From NCBI GenBank assembly GCA_033581555.1, contig JAVQSZ010000004.1:93758-157757 (forward strand): 64,000 nt of DNA, in the 5' to 3' direction. Below the pieces are notes generated by a model. It ran no database searches and was not told the DNA's origin. It was given only the letters and a program-made list of their open reading frames with translations. The translations under genes and the position numbers were made by a program. Below are positions 37,831 to 47,720 of the stretch, piece by piece. The first letter of the stretch is position 1. Each line of letters opens with the position of its first letter. Source of the stretch: Nitrososphaerota archaeon. GTDB lineage: Archaea; Thermoproteota; Nitrososphaeria_A; Caldarchaeales; Calditenuaceae.

Positions 37831-38883
37831 ATGATCGACCAGATCGCGCAGCAGCTCTCGGCCTCGCCCGAGCCCATCAGGACGCTCCTCTCGTGGGTCT
37901 TCTCCGACGCCTTCATCAAGGCCGCGATATTCCCCGGGGCCCTCTTCAGCACGATCCTCGGGATGTTCGCCGTCTGGTACGAGAGGAAGCTCCTCGCCAG
38001 GGTGATGCTCAGGGTCGGGCCGCTCCACGTCGGGAAGGTCTCGGGACTTCTGCAGCTGATAGCCGACGCGGTCAAGTTCCTCGCGAAGGAGCCGATAACT
38101 CCCTCCTCCGCGATCAAGCCCCTCTTCTGGACGATGCCCTCAGCGGCCCTCCTGCTCTCCCTGATGCTCTTCGCGTTCCTCCCCTTCGGCGCAGGCTGGG
38201 TCATCTACCCTAGCGAGATAGGCCTCCTGCTCTTCTTCGCGGTGATAGCCGTCTCGCCGATCCCGATACTGCTGGCAGCCTACGCCTCTGGTAGCAAGTA
38301 CCCGCTGATCGGGCTCACGAGGATGGCCCTCCAGCTATTCGGCTACGAGGTCCCGCTCTTTCTCGCGCTCGCTGGGGTGGTCCTGATGGCGGGGTCCTTC
38401 AACATCGAGAGGATCGTGGAGGCACAAGCGAGGGCTCCCTTCGTCCTCCCACAGTTCATCGGGTTCGTCGTCTTCTTCACGACGGTCCTCGCCGAGACCG
38501 AGAGGGTGCCCTTCGACATCCCGACCGCTGAGGGCGAGATCGTCTTCGGGTGGCAGACTGAGTACTCAGGGGCCCACTTCGTCGTCCTTCAGCTCGCGAT
38601 GTATGAGAAGACGTTGGCCCTCTGCGTCCTCGGAGCGCTCCTCTACCTGGGAGGGTGGCACGGACCCCCGATCCCGTTCCTGCCCGAGACCGTCGCTGCG
38701 CCGTTCTGGGTGATCGCCAAGGCTTTGATCCTCTTCACGCTGATGGTGTTGATACGGGGAGCCTACCCGAGGTTATCGATAGACAGGGTCCTCGACATCG
38801 GATGGCGGTACCTGATACCGCTGGCCCTGCTGAACCTTCTGATCGTCGGCACGGTCGTCTACCTCTCGGAGGCCTTGGCCTGA
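37831..38883 (+). CDS. nuoH: NADH-quinone oxidoreductase subunit H
   Basis: ERKLLAR...RVGP, GLLQLIADAVKFLAKE, AETERVPFDIPTAEGE, TEYSG, YPR. Confidence 0.93.
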   Translation: MIDQIAQQLSASPEPIRTLLSWVFSDAFIKAAIFPGALFSTILGMFAVWYERKLLARVMLRVGPLHVGKVSGLLQLIADAVKFLAKEPITPSSAIKPLFWTMPSAALLLSLMLFAFLPFGAGWVIYPSEIGLLLFFAVIAVSPIPILLAAYASGSKYPLIGLTRMALQLFGYEVPLFLALAGVVLMAGSFNIERIVEAQARAPFVLPQFIGFVVFFTTVLAETERVPFDIPTAEGEIVFGWQTEYSGAHFVVLQLAMYEKTLALCVLGALLYLGGWHGPPIPFLPETVAAPFWVIAKALILFTLMVLIRGAYPRLSIDRVLDIGWRYLIPLALLNLLIVGTVVYLSEALA

Positions 38884-39225
38884 TCAGCCTCCCTTCAGCC
38901 TCTTCAGCCTGAACTCGATCCCCACCGAGACTATGTTGGCCCTCGAGATCGAGTAGACCGCCTGCTGGACCAGAAGGCCGTGGTCGATGTCGTCTAGCTT
39001 ACCGTTGGACTCGGAGACCTTCCTGTTCATCTCCCTGACGTTGTTGATCAGGTCCCTGAGCCCTGAGAGCTCCGAAGCCAGCTCCTCACCCTCGAGCGAC
39101 CTGATCCGCTCCGCGGCGCTCCTGACGAACCCGTAGTCGTCGGTCTCGACGAACGACCTCAGGTCCGATATCACCAGCCTCAGCTGCTCCCAGGCCTCGC
39201 GGAGCGCCCTCTCCCCCAGGGGCAT
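38884..39225 (-). CDS. Hypothetical helical protein
   Basis: Fills the gap between convergent and divergent genes, host-like codon pattern. Confidence 0.6.
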   Translation of the reverse strand: MPLGERALREAWEQLRLVISDLRSFVETDDYGFVRSAAERIRSLEGEELASELSGLRDLINNVREMNRKVSESNGKLDDIDHGLLVQQAVYSISRANIVSVGIEFRLKRLKGG

Positions 39226-39318
39226 CGCTCTGAACGCCCGCGCGGTGGTATTTGAGCCGCTCACGGCCCCACGCCCCTGAACCGTTTTTTAGATGGCCGC
39301 CCGCAGGCTGGGGAGGCG

Positions 39319-40176
39319 ATGTCGGCGACGGCGCTGCTGAGGCCGAGGGAGAGGAAGTCGAGGGAGATCGAGCTCCTCGCGAGGCTGATGTCCGCGAACC
39401 CCGTCGTGATGGTCCTGGACCTGACGAAGACCAGCGCGAACGTCCTCCATAGCTTCAGGGGGAAGGTCAGGGGGATCGCGACGGTCAGGGTGACGAAGAA
39501 GAACCTCGCCGTCAAGGCGGCCGAGAGGGTCGGGAGGAGGGCGCTCGTGGAGCTCCTCTCGGGGCTGAGGCACCCTGTCGGGCTAGTCTTCTCCGCGAAG
39601 AACCCGTTCCTCCTGAAGCTGGACGTCGACGCTAGCAGGATCCTGACGCCGCCTAAGGCCGGAGAGGTGGCGGACATCGACGTGACCGTCCCGGAGATGA
39701 ACACCGGGATACCTCCGGGGCCGATCCTCTCGGAGTTCGGGAAGCTCAGGATACCCACGAAGATCGAGGGAGGTACGATCTGGATCGCCAGGGAGACGGT
39801 GGTCGCGAAGAGGGGCGACGCGATATCGCCTGCCCTCGCCAGCCTCCTCAGCAAGCTCGACATACCAGCGGTCTACAGGGGACTCAACGTCGTCGCGGCG
39901 GTGGACGGGGAGACGGTGATCCACGGCGACCAGCTCGCGTTAGACCTCGAAGCGGTGAGGAGGGACGTCGCCTCCTGTCACTCGAGCGCGAGGGCGCTCC
40001 TGATCGAGCTCGGGATACCTGAGCCGGAGGTGATCGCGGACCTCCTGGCGGTTGCCCACACGAGGGCGATGAGGGTGGCGGCCGAGTCCGGATACGTCAC
40101 GCCGGAGACGGTCGCTCTGGTCTTCCAGAGGGCCGAGGCGCAGGCCCGTGCTCTTGCGGCGGCTATCGGCCAGTGA
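39319..40176 (+). CDS. rpl10: 50S ribosomal protein uL10/P0
   Basis: VTKKNL, KAGEVA, NTGIPPGPILSEF, IPTKIEGG. Confidence 0.93.
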   Translation: MSATALLRPRERKSREIELLARLMSANPVVMVLDLTKTSANVLHSFRGKVRGIATVRVTKKNLAVKAAERVGRRALVELLSGLRHPVGLVFSAKNPFLLKLDVDASRILTPPKAGEVADIDVTVPEMNTGIPPGPILSEFGKLRIPTKIEGGTIWIARETVVAKRGDAISPALASLLSKLDIPAVYRGLNVVAAVDGETVIHGDQLALDLEAVRRDVASCHSSARALLIELGIPEPEVIADLLAVAHTRAMRVAAESGYVTPETVALVFQRAEAQARALAAAIGQ

Positions 40177-42946
40177 CCTCCGCCATCGCCCCGACGACCC
40201 TCCCATAGAGCTCGCCGACCTTCAGGCCTGAGGCCTCGAACCTCAGCTGCCTGGGCCCCGCCTCGACGACCTCAACGCCCAGAGAGCCCCTCAGCGCACC
40301 AGAGAGTCTCACCGGGTCGAGGCCCAAAGAGGCGGCCTGCCTGTTGAAGGAGATCCAGGCCTTGATCGACTGACCCTCCTGCCTGAATAGGACGACTGCG
40401 GTCGGGTCCTGAACGTTGTTGACCGTCTGGAGCATTTCGGAGACGAGGTCTTCGTTCTTAGTCCTCAGGAAGTCGAAGACCACCTTCACGCCCTTTACCC
40501 TCTCCTCCTTCTGGTACTTCCTGAGGTCGAACCAGAGCCTCGCCGCGAGGGCGTAGTGGGCCCTGAGGCTGGACCTGAGTGACTCGGGTTCGACCAGGGC
40601 CTCGGACTCGACCTGCTCGAGGAACTTCTCAGCGTAGAGCTTCAGCTCCCTGTTCTCGCTCCTCAGACCCTCGAGCTCGCTGCTCAGCTCCGAGATCCTC
40701 GACTGGACGTACTCGAGGGCTGCGGGCCCAGCGGCGAACTCGATCCTCACGACGCCGTCCGCGATCTTCTCGGTCCCTATCACCTTGATGAACCCGACTT
40801 CGGAGGTGTTGCTGCAGTGAGTCCCTCCGCAGGCCTCCGCGTCCCACCCCGGTATGTTCACGACCCTCACGATCCCAGCGGGCGCCTCTCCGCCCTGATA
40901 GAGGGTGAAGCCGAAGGTCCGGTCCGCGACGTTCCTGTGGAGCCAGCTGACCTCGACCGGAAGCCTCCTCGCGACGACCTCGTTCGCGACCCTCTCTATC
41001 CTCCTCACCTCCTCCTCGGACAGGGCCTTGTAGTGGCTCACATCGAGCCTCGCCCGCCTCTCCTCCTTCCTCGCGCCCATCTGCCACGCGTGCCTCCCGA
41101 GGACCCTCCTGACCGTCCCGATCAGGACGTGTGTAGCCGTGTGGTGTCTCATGATGCTCAGCCTCCTCTCCCTGTCGACCTTACCCCTAACGACCTCGCC
41201 GACCCTCGGCAGCGGACCCTCCACGAAGTGGACGATCACACCGTCGTAGGACTGGACGTCGACGACCCTGCACGACCCGGAGCCGTGCTCGATGACGCCG
41301 GTGTCGGCGACCTGTCCTCCGCCCTCTGCGTAGAAGCACGTCTCGTCGAGGACGACCATCCCCCTCTCGGCCGCGAGGACCCTCGCCTCGAACTCCGTCC
41401 TGTACTGGTCGGCGTAGTAGAGCCTCTCGGTCTGGGGGAGAGACTTCGCGAGCGCTGCGGCCATCAGGTCCCTCTGGTCGGTCTGCTCCGACCTGGGCGA
41501 CTCGGAGACGTGCATGCTCGCGACGATCTCCTGGACGTTCTCCGGAGCATCGACCTCGACGCCCCATTTGGCTGCGACCTCCCTCACGAGGTCAGGCGGC
41601 AGTCCCCTCTCGTCGTAGAGCTTGATCATCGTCTCGGTCGTCACCTTCCCCCCAGTCGACTTGAGCTCCTTCATCGCCCTCTCGAGGTAAGCGGTCCCCC
41701 TCGCGAGGGTCTCGTTGAACCGCTTCACCTCGTAGTCGACAAGCTCGAGGACGTCGTCGCGGGCCTCGGCGAGCTGCTTGAACCTCCTCCCCCAGTGCCT
41801 CAGCTGGACGTCGAGGAGGTCGAGGACCCTCTCCTCCGCGCCGAGCCTTTGGAGCGTCCTGTAGAGCCTCCTGATCAGCAGCCTCGCTAGGTAGCCGACC
41901 CTCGTGTTGGAGGGCACGACGCCCTCCGAGAGGATGAAGGCTATGCTCTTCGAGAAGTCGAGTGACGCGTAGAACCGCTCGAGGGCCTCCAGGTCCTGGA
42001 GGACGGGTTCGAGGTCGACCCCCGCGAGCTCCGCGGCCCTCTTCCTCGCCTCAGCTATCGTGACGGACCCACCGGGCTGGATCCACGCCGAGTACCTCCC
42101 GTACCTCAGCAGGAAATCCCGGTCGACCCTGAAGGAACCCAGGAGTCGCTCTGCCCCGGACATCACAGGCCCGTAGACGACCTCGAAGGCCGTCGGCGTG
42201 CCGTTGCTGAGCCAGGTGAACCTCTCGATCCCATAGCCGGTGTCGACGGTCCTGACCGGGAGCTCCTCGAGCCCTCCGTCGAGGACTCTGTAGCTCATGA
42301 AGACCAGCGTCGCGACCTCGAGCCCGCCGACGTTCACCTCGAAGCAGGGGCCCGCGTTCCCGCCTCCGCTCCAGACGCCCTCCTTGTAGACGACGTCCTC
42401 CTCATTCACCCCCAGCCTCCCAAGGAACTCGGAGCAGAGCTCGACGGTCCGGTCCTTCCAGTAGACCTCCTTCCCCGGGAAGTTGAAGGCGTGGGCCCCG
42501 CCCATCTCGAAGACCGTCATGTGCCTGCCGAGCGTCAGCCCGACCTTGTCGACGTCGACGAGCCTGATGCAGGGCTGGCTGACCACCAGGGGGTTCGCGG
42601 GAGGCTCCATCATCCCCGAGGTGACGTGGGGTTGGAAGTCCACGACGCTAGCGGAGACCAAGTACAGGTCCCTCCTCCACCTCGGCACCACCGGATACGG
42701 GTCGATGGGCTCGTGGCCCCTCTCCGCGAAGAACCCGATGAACGCGTCGCGCATCTCGTCGAGCGTGTAGCTCCTCGCGGTTGGCGGCCTGCCGATGAAC
42801 TCGTAGGGGACGCAGGGCGCCTCGTTGCAGTTGTCCCTCTCCGGGTCGAGGGTCCAGAAGTGCTTCCCACAGTACCTGCACCTCCTTCTCACGAAGCCCT
42901 TGGACCTCAGGTACTCGATGTCGTAAGCCGATACGTCGAACTCCAA
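40163..42946 (-). CDS. alaS: Alanine--tRNA ligase
   Basis: QPCIRLVD, GRHMTVFEMGG, VDTGYGIER, editing HHTATH and ACGGTH. Confidence 0.96.
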   Translation of the reverse strand: MEFDVSAYDIEYLRSKGFVRRRCRYCGKHFWTLDPERDNCNEAPCVPYEFIGRPPTARSYTLDEMRDAFIGFFAERGHEPIDPYPVVPRWRRDLYLVSASVVDFQPHVTSGMMEPPANPLVVSQPCIRLVDVDKVGLTLGRHMTVFEMGGAHAFNFPGKEVYWKDRTVELCSEFLGRLGVNEEDVVYKEGVWSGGGNAGPCFEVNVGGLEVATLVFMSYRVLDGGLEELPVRTVDTGYGIERFTWLSNGTPTAFEVVYGPVMSGAERLLGSFRVDRDFLLRYGRYSAWIQPGGSVTIAEARKRAAELAGVDLEPVLQDLEALERFYASLDFSKSIAFILSEGVVPSNTRVGYLARLLIRRLYRTLQRLGAEERVLDLLDVQLRHWGRRFKQLAEARDDVLELVDYEVKRFNETLARGTAYLERAMKELKSTGGKVTTETMIKLYDERGLPPDLVREVAAKWGVEVDAPENVQEIVASMHVSESPRSEQTDQRDLMAAALAKSLPQTERLYYADQYRTEFEARVLAAERGMVVLDETCFYAEGGGQVADTGVIEHGSGSCRVVDVQSYDGVIVHFVEGPLPRVGEVVRGKVDRERRLSIMRHHTATHVLIGTVRRVLGRHAWQMGARKEERRARLDVSHYKALSEEEVRRIERVANEVVARRLPVEVSWLHRNVADRTFGFTLYQGGEAPAGIVRVVNIPGWDAEACGGTHCSNTSEVGFIKVIGTEKIADGVVRIEFAAGPAALEYVQSRISELSSELEGLRSENRELKLYAEKFLEQVESEALVEPESLRSSLRAHYALAARLWFDLRKYQKEERVKGVKVVFDFLRTKNEDLVSEMLQTVNNVQDPTAVVLFRQEGQSIKAWISFNRQAASLGLDPVRLSGALRGSLGVEVVEAGPRQLRFEASGLKVGELYGRVVGAMAEVTGR

Positions 42947-42992
42947 TTCCCGACTTACCCCAGAAAATGATGGTATAACGGTTTTCCCCGGG

Positions 42993-43316
42993 TCAGCCGA
43001 AGAGGGCTGCGAGCCCGGAGAGCGCCTCCTCTTCCTTCTTCGCCTCTTCCTCCTTCTTCTTCTCCTCCTTCGGGGCCTCAGCTGCCGGCGCAGCGGGCGC
43101 GGCCTGAGCGGCGGCGACAGGGGCGGTCACGACCGGAGCTGCTGCGGCGGACTTCAGGACCTCGTCGATGTTGATCCCCTGCAGCGCCGCGACTAGGGAC
43201 TTCAGCCTGACCTCGTCGACGACGCCTCCTGCGGCCTCGATCACCCTCCTGAGGCCCTGCTCATCGATCGGCTTCCCGAGCCTGTGGAGGAGCAGTGCCG
43301 CGTACACGTACTCCAT
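42993..43316 (-). CDS. rpl12: 50S ribosomal protein P1 (aL12)
   Basis: [11 protein letters not shown], Ala-rich hinge, acidic tail GLAALFG. Confidence 0.96.
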   Translation of the reverse strand: MEYVYAALLLHRLGKPIDEQGLRRVIEAAGGVVDEVRLKSLVAALQGINIDEVLKSAAAAPVVTAPVAAAQAAPAAPAAEAPKEEKKKEEEAKKEEEALSGLAALFG

Positions 43317-43473
43317 GACCCGTTACCTCCTAACCGCAAGGCGACGTCCGAAATATTACTGTATATCGGCGAAGCGACCGAATCGGTCGCCCGGCGTTCG
43401 GCCGTCCTCCGACTGATCGAGCAGAGCGACGTTTGCTTTAAAAGGTGGACGTTTACACAAGTCGTGAACGACC

Positions 43474-43770
43474 ATGAGATGGAACCACCTCGTGTCGTTG
43501 GCGTTGATGGGCCTGCTGTCGGTCGTGCCGGTCGCTTTCGCAGCTGAAGCGGCTCCCGCGAGTCTCATCGACAAGTCGCTCTCTGCGGCGATCGCGTTCG
43601 CGGTCGCGGTCGCAGCCTCGGGCTTCGCGATCTCGAGGGCCGGGTCAGCGGGCCTCGCAGCGTCCGCAGAGAGGCCCGAGCTGAGGACCGTGACGATCAT
43701 CATCGCGGCGTTCGCGGAGGCACTGGCGATCTACGGGATCGCGATCGCGTTCGTCATCCTGACCTCCTGA
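43474..43770 (+). CDS. atpK: A-type ATP synthase proteolipid subunit K/c
   Basis: AERPEL, FAEALAIYG; N-terminal signal-like extension. Confidence 0.9.
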   Translation: MRWNHLVSLALMGLLSVVPVAFAAEAAPASLIDKSLSAAIAFAVAVAASGFAISRAGSAGLAASAERPELRTVTIIIAAFAEALAIYGIAIAFVILTS

Positions 43771-43845
43771 GGCCCCGAGAAGCCCGAAGGCAGATTTCTT
43801 CTTCCAGAACAAACTTAAATCGATGGCGAGGGCGTGAGATCGCGG

Positions 43846-43931
43846 GCCCCGGTAGCTCAGCGGGAGAGCGACCGGCTGAAGTCCTTCGGACAGAGACCGG
43901 TAGGTCGTGGGTTCAAGTCCCACCCGGGGCA
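43846..43931 (+). tRNA. tRNA-Phe(GAA) with 14-nt intron at 37/38 (43882-43895)
   Basis: GCCCCGG/CCGGGGC-A acceptor, ACCGG-CTGAAG^...^A-CCGGT anticodon arm, TTCAAGT T-loop. Confidence 0.9.
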
Positions 43932-43980
43932 CGCGGAGGCTGCTCGCAAAGTTTTAACCGGGAAGGGCCGATCGATCGAT

Positions 43981-44415
43981 GTGCCGCTCTTCAAGAGGGC
44001 CGAGAGGGCCGTCGTGATCAAAACGGCCGACCTGATGAGCTCGCCGCCGGTCACATTGAGCAGCGAAGCGAAGGTCGACGACGTCCCCGGCGTGATGTGG
44101 AAGAACGGCGTCGGGAGCGTCTTGATAGTCGACAAGAAGGGGAAGCTGGTGGGGATCGTGACCGAGAGGGACGTGCTCTACGCGGCCTCGCACGGGCTGC
44201 TGGGGAAGGGCCATCCGGTCAGCGCGGTGATGTCGAGGGACCTGACGGTCGCGACGCCTGACGAGGACGTAACGTCCGTGATAGAGAAGATGAGGGACTA
44301 CAACGTCAGGCACATCCCGGTCGTCGACAGCGAAGGCAGGCCGGTCGGCGTCGTCTCTGCGAGGGACGTCCTTGACTACGCAGTTAGGCTGATCAGCCTC
44401 TTCATGAGAGCCTAG
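43981..44415 (+). CDS. CBS-domain protein
   Basis: LVGIVTERDVL and RHIPVVD...GVVSARD. Confidence 0.9.
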   Translation: MPLFKRAERAVVIKTADLMSSPPVTLSSEAKVDDVPGVMWKNGVGSVLIVDKKGKLVGIVTERDVLYAASHGLLGKGHPVSAVMSRDLTVATPDEDVTSVIEKMRDYNVRHIPVVDSEGRPVGVVSARDVLDYAVRLISLFMRA

Positions 44416-46180
44416 GCAGAGCCTCGAGGACCCTCGTGAGGCTGGCCTCCCTGTAGGTCCTCCTGTAGCCCCTCAGGAGCTCGTCGATCGGGCAGACCTT
44501 CCCAGCGTGAGCGCCGTCCGGCAAGGGCTCTTCGGTGAACCTCCTCGGCAGCCTGTCCGCGTCCTCGCCTATGCCGTAGGCCCTGTTGACGTGCCGCTCC
44601 ATCGCGAGCACCGCCTCGCCGACCTCGGTCAGCGACCGGACGTCGAACTCGATTCCGTAAAACGCCGAGAGGCCTTCGGCGTAGTCGCTGGAGTCCATCG
44701 CGAGCCTCGAGAACGCGCAGACCCCGAGCGAGTCCAGCCAGGCCACCTCGACCCTCTTCGCGTGGACTCTGCTTGCGAGCGTCTCGGCGTCCGGGCCGTC
44801 CCGGTAGACCGTCTCGATCCCGAAGTCCTCGAAGCTCCTGATCAGGTTCGGGTAGACCCAGATGTGCGCAGCGCCTCCGTAGGACTCGACCGCGTTGATC
44901 AGGCCCCAAGCAGGCTCAGCCCTCGGGTCGGTGTTCTGAACGGAGATGCCCTTGACCGACGGTGCCGCGTGGACGTCGCCGTAGTGCTCCGCGGTCCTCA
45001 GGGCTCCCCCTGAGAGGACCTCACCGACGCCGTCCCCCGAGGCCATCGAGCCTATCAGCTCGGCCATCCTCCTCCAATCGCCCCACTCGAGCCGCTCCTC
45101 GGTCAGGCCCCTCTCCGAGAGCTCCGCGAGGACCGCGAGTGTGTTGCCGGCCTCGATCGGGTCGACTCCAGCGTCGTAGCAGAGCTGCGTGAGGTAGGAG
45201 ATCTTCTCGAGGTCCAGGACCGAGCAGTTGGTCCCCAGCGAGGAGATCTGCGCGTAGTCGGGGCCCTCTCCCCTCAGCCCTAGGGCGACCGTCTCCCTCC
45301 TACAGGAGACTTGGCACGTCGAGCAGGTCAGCCTCCTCACGAGGACCGTCGAGGAGAGCCTTCTTCCGCCGACCAGCTCGTACTCCCTGAGCGTGCTCCT
45401 GCTGTAGTTCTTGACCGGGACCGCGTCGTGCCTGCCGAGGGCCTCGACGGCGATCGCGGTCCCGTGGACCGCGAGGAGCCCGTTCTGGAGGTTGAGGATG
45501 TCTGAGGCCTCGACCTTCGCCCTAAGGGACCTCAGGAGCCTGCTGAACCTCACCGGCTGGGCCGGAGACCTCGAGAACCTCCTTCCTGCCTTGATCGCGA
45601 TCGCCTTGACGTTCTTGGAGCCGAGTACCGCTCCAGCTCCGTGCCTGACGCCGCTCGACCTCCCCGAGTCGTTGATGACCGTCGCGATCGGCGCCGCCCT
45701 CTCTCCCGCAGGGCCTATCGCGATCACCCTGACGTCGCCGAGCTCCGACCTCAGCGCCCTGCACGTCTCCACGGCCCCCAGGCCCCTGAACCGCTCCGCT
45801 TCGACGAACTTCACGCCCTCAGGTGTCACGAGGAGGACGCAGAGCGACTCGGACCTCCCGGTCAGGTAAAGGGCCGCGATGCCCAACGACGCTAGGTCGG
45901 TCGCGGCGTAGCCGCCGGTCATTGCCCACGCCACGGTCCCCGTGAGGGGGGACCTGAAGGCGAGCGTCAGCCTGTTGCCGAGCGGGAAGCCGGTCCCAGA
46001 GAGGCTCCCTACCGAGACGACGAGCGGGCTTCTCGGGTCCAGAGGGTCTCTGGTGCTCAGGTTGCGGGCGAGCAGGCCGATCCCGATGCACCTCCCTCCG
46101 AGGATGCCATCCCGGACCACGTGGCCGACGTCGTGGGCCTCGAAGGACCTCTCCTCGAGGTCTACCCTTAGCACCCTCAA
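44402..46180 (-). CDS. Aldehyde:ferredoxin oxidoreductase family (W/Mo-pterin) enzyme
   Basis: RSPLTG, IGPAGE, GAVLGSKNVKAI, CSTCQVSC, DSLGVC, DRLPRRF. Confidence 0.9.
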   Translation of the reverse strand: MRVLRVDLEERSFEAHDVGHVVRDGILGGRCIGIGLLARNLSTRDPLDPRSPLVVSVGSLSGTGFPLGNRLTLAFRSPLTGTVAWAMTGGYAATDLASLGIAALYLTGRSESLCVLLVTPEGVKFVEAERFRGLGAVETCRALRSELGDVRVIAIGPAGERAAPIATVINDSGRSSGVRHGAGAVLGSKNVKAIAIKAGRRFSRSPAQPVRFSRLLRSLRAKVEASDILNLQNGLLAVHGTAIAVEALGRHDAVPVKNYSRSTLREYELVGGRRLSSTVLVRRLTCSTCQVSCRRETVALGLRGEGPDYAQISSLGTNCSVLDLEKISYLTQLCYDAGVDPIEAGNTLAVLAELSERGLTEERLEWGDWRRMAELIGSMASGDGVGEVLSGGALRTAEHYGDVHAAPSVKGISVQNTDPRAEPAWGLINAVESYGGAAHIWVYPNLIRSFEDFGIETVYRDGPDAETLASRVHAKRVEVAWLDSLGVCAFSRLAMDSSDYAEGLSAFYGIEFDVRSLTEVGEAVLAMERHVNRAYGIGEDADRLPRRFTEEPLPDGAHAGKVCPIDELLRGYRRTYREASLTRVLEALPRLS

Positions 46181-46231
46181 CGCCGCGCAGAAGAACGAGT
46201 CGGGTCTGAAAAACGTGTCAGGGCCCCGCGA

Positions 46232-47149
46232 CTAAGGGATCAGGACCGGAGACCCGTCCCTGATGACCCTGTAGCCCCGGTCGTGGATCGAGGAGTAGGC
46301 CCTCGCGAGGTGGACCATCGCCCTGTGGGTCTCGCCTGAGTAGAACCTCAGCGGCCCCTTCACCCTCTCGCGGAGGACCGCGTCGACCTCCTCCGCGGAG
46401 AGGGAGCTGCAGTCCCTCGACTTCGATCCCACGACGAAGCCCCAGAGCGAGGCGAAGGAGAAGACGTACGCGGCCAAGGGCGTCGCCGAGGGGAATACCG
46501 ACCTCACCGTCTCGAGGACCGACCTGAAGGCGAAGGGGTTGTGGGCGATCGAGGTCGCCTGGGTCACCAGGACCCCTTGATCGGAGAGCTTCTCTAACGC
46601 GGTCCTATAGAACTCGACGCTGTAGAGCGGTATCGAGGCGGCGCCCTCGGTCGGGTCGGTGGCGTCTACGACGATCACGTCGTAGCTCTCGTCAGCCGCG
46701 GAGCTCAGGTATCCCCTCCCCTCGGCGATGACCAGCTTGAGCCTCGGGTCCTCGAAGGCGCCCTCGCTCAGCTCGGGCATGTGCCTCCTGCAGAGCTCGA
46801 CGACCTCGCCGTCGATGTCGACCATCTCGACCTCCTCGACCGTCCTCCACCTGAGCACCTCGCGGACCGTGGCGCCCTCGCCCCCGCCGATCACGAGTAC
46901 CCGCTTGGGCTCGGGGGCCGTGACCATCGCCGGGTGGACGAGGCCTTCGTGGTAGACGCGCTCGTCGACCAGGGAGGACTGGATCTTCCCATCGATCACG
47001 AGGCACCTGCCGTAGGGGACGGTCTCCAGCACGTGGACGTCCTGGAACCTGGTTGAGGTCCTTACGAGGACCCTCTTGACAGCGTAGAGCTCAACGAGCC
47101 CCTCCGAGAGTGACTCGGAGGCCCAGAGGAAGTGACCCTCCAAGCTCAC
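46232..47149 (-). CDS. speE: Polyamine aminopropyltransferase (spermidine synthase)
   Basis: YHEGLVHP, VLVIGGGEGAT, DVIVVDATDP. Confidence 0.93.
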   Translation of the reverse strand: MSLEGHFLWASESLSEGLVELYAVKRVLVRTSTRFQDVHVLETVPYGRCLVIDGKIQSSLVDERVYHEGLVHPAMVTAPEPKRVLVIGGGEGATVREVLRWRTVEEVEMVDIDGEVVELCRRHMPELSEGAFEDPRLKLVIAEGRGYLSSAADESYDVIVVDATDPTEGAASIPLYSVEFYRTALEKLSDQGVLVTQATSIAHNPFAFRSVLETVRSVFPSATPLAAYVFSFASLWGFVVGSKSRDCSSLSAEEVDAVLRERVKGPLRFYSGETHRAMVHLARAYSSIHDRGYRVIRDGSPVLIP

Positions 47150-47580
47150 TCCCTTACCGCGACCCTCACCTCTTCGTCGGCCTTCGCGTCTCTGCTGAGG
47201 AGACCCCTCCGGATCTCCATCACGCTGACGCTCTTCGGGTTAAGGGCCCTCACGACCTCGTCGAAGGCGGCCCAAGGGTCGACGTGGTCGCCGCAGGTGT
47301 AGATGTCCACCGCGGCGTAGGAGTGCTCCGGCCAGGTGTGGACCGAGAGGTGGCTCTCCTTCACGACCAGGATGTACGAGACGCCGCCCCCGCCCTCGTA
47401 CTTGTTCGCGAACTCGCCGACCGGGGTGGCCCCCGCCCTCCTAGCCCCCCTTTTAACCACCGTGGAAACGAACTTGAGGTCCGCCAAAAGGGCCGGGTCG
47501 CAACCGTACAGCTCCCCGATCAGGTGCCGACCGAGACCGTCGAAAGTCTGAACGCGGCGCCCCTGGCTCCCAGCCCCCAT
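47146..47580 (-). CDS. speD: Pyruvoyl S-adenosylmethionine decarboxylase proenzyme
   Basis: GRHLIGELYGC, ESHLSVHTWPE, DIYTCG; coupled to speE. Confidence 0.88.
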   Translation of the reverse strand: MGAGSQGRRVQTFDGLGRHLIGELYGCDPALLADLKFVSTVVKRGARRAGATPVGEFANKYEGGGGVSYILVVKESHLSVHTWPEHSYAAVDIYTCGDHVDPWAAFDEVVRALNPKSVSVMEIRRGLLSRDAKADEEVRVAVRE

Positions 47581-47720
47581 TTTTCCGGTTTATAAGGAAA
47601 CATCTCGCTTAAAAACCTATCGACATAAAGGCCCAGGTCTGCGCCCTCGCTATATAAGTGAACGCCGGATCGGTTTGGTTCCGGCCCACGGGGTTTTGAA
47701 GCTCGTGGTCGCTGTGTCAT

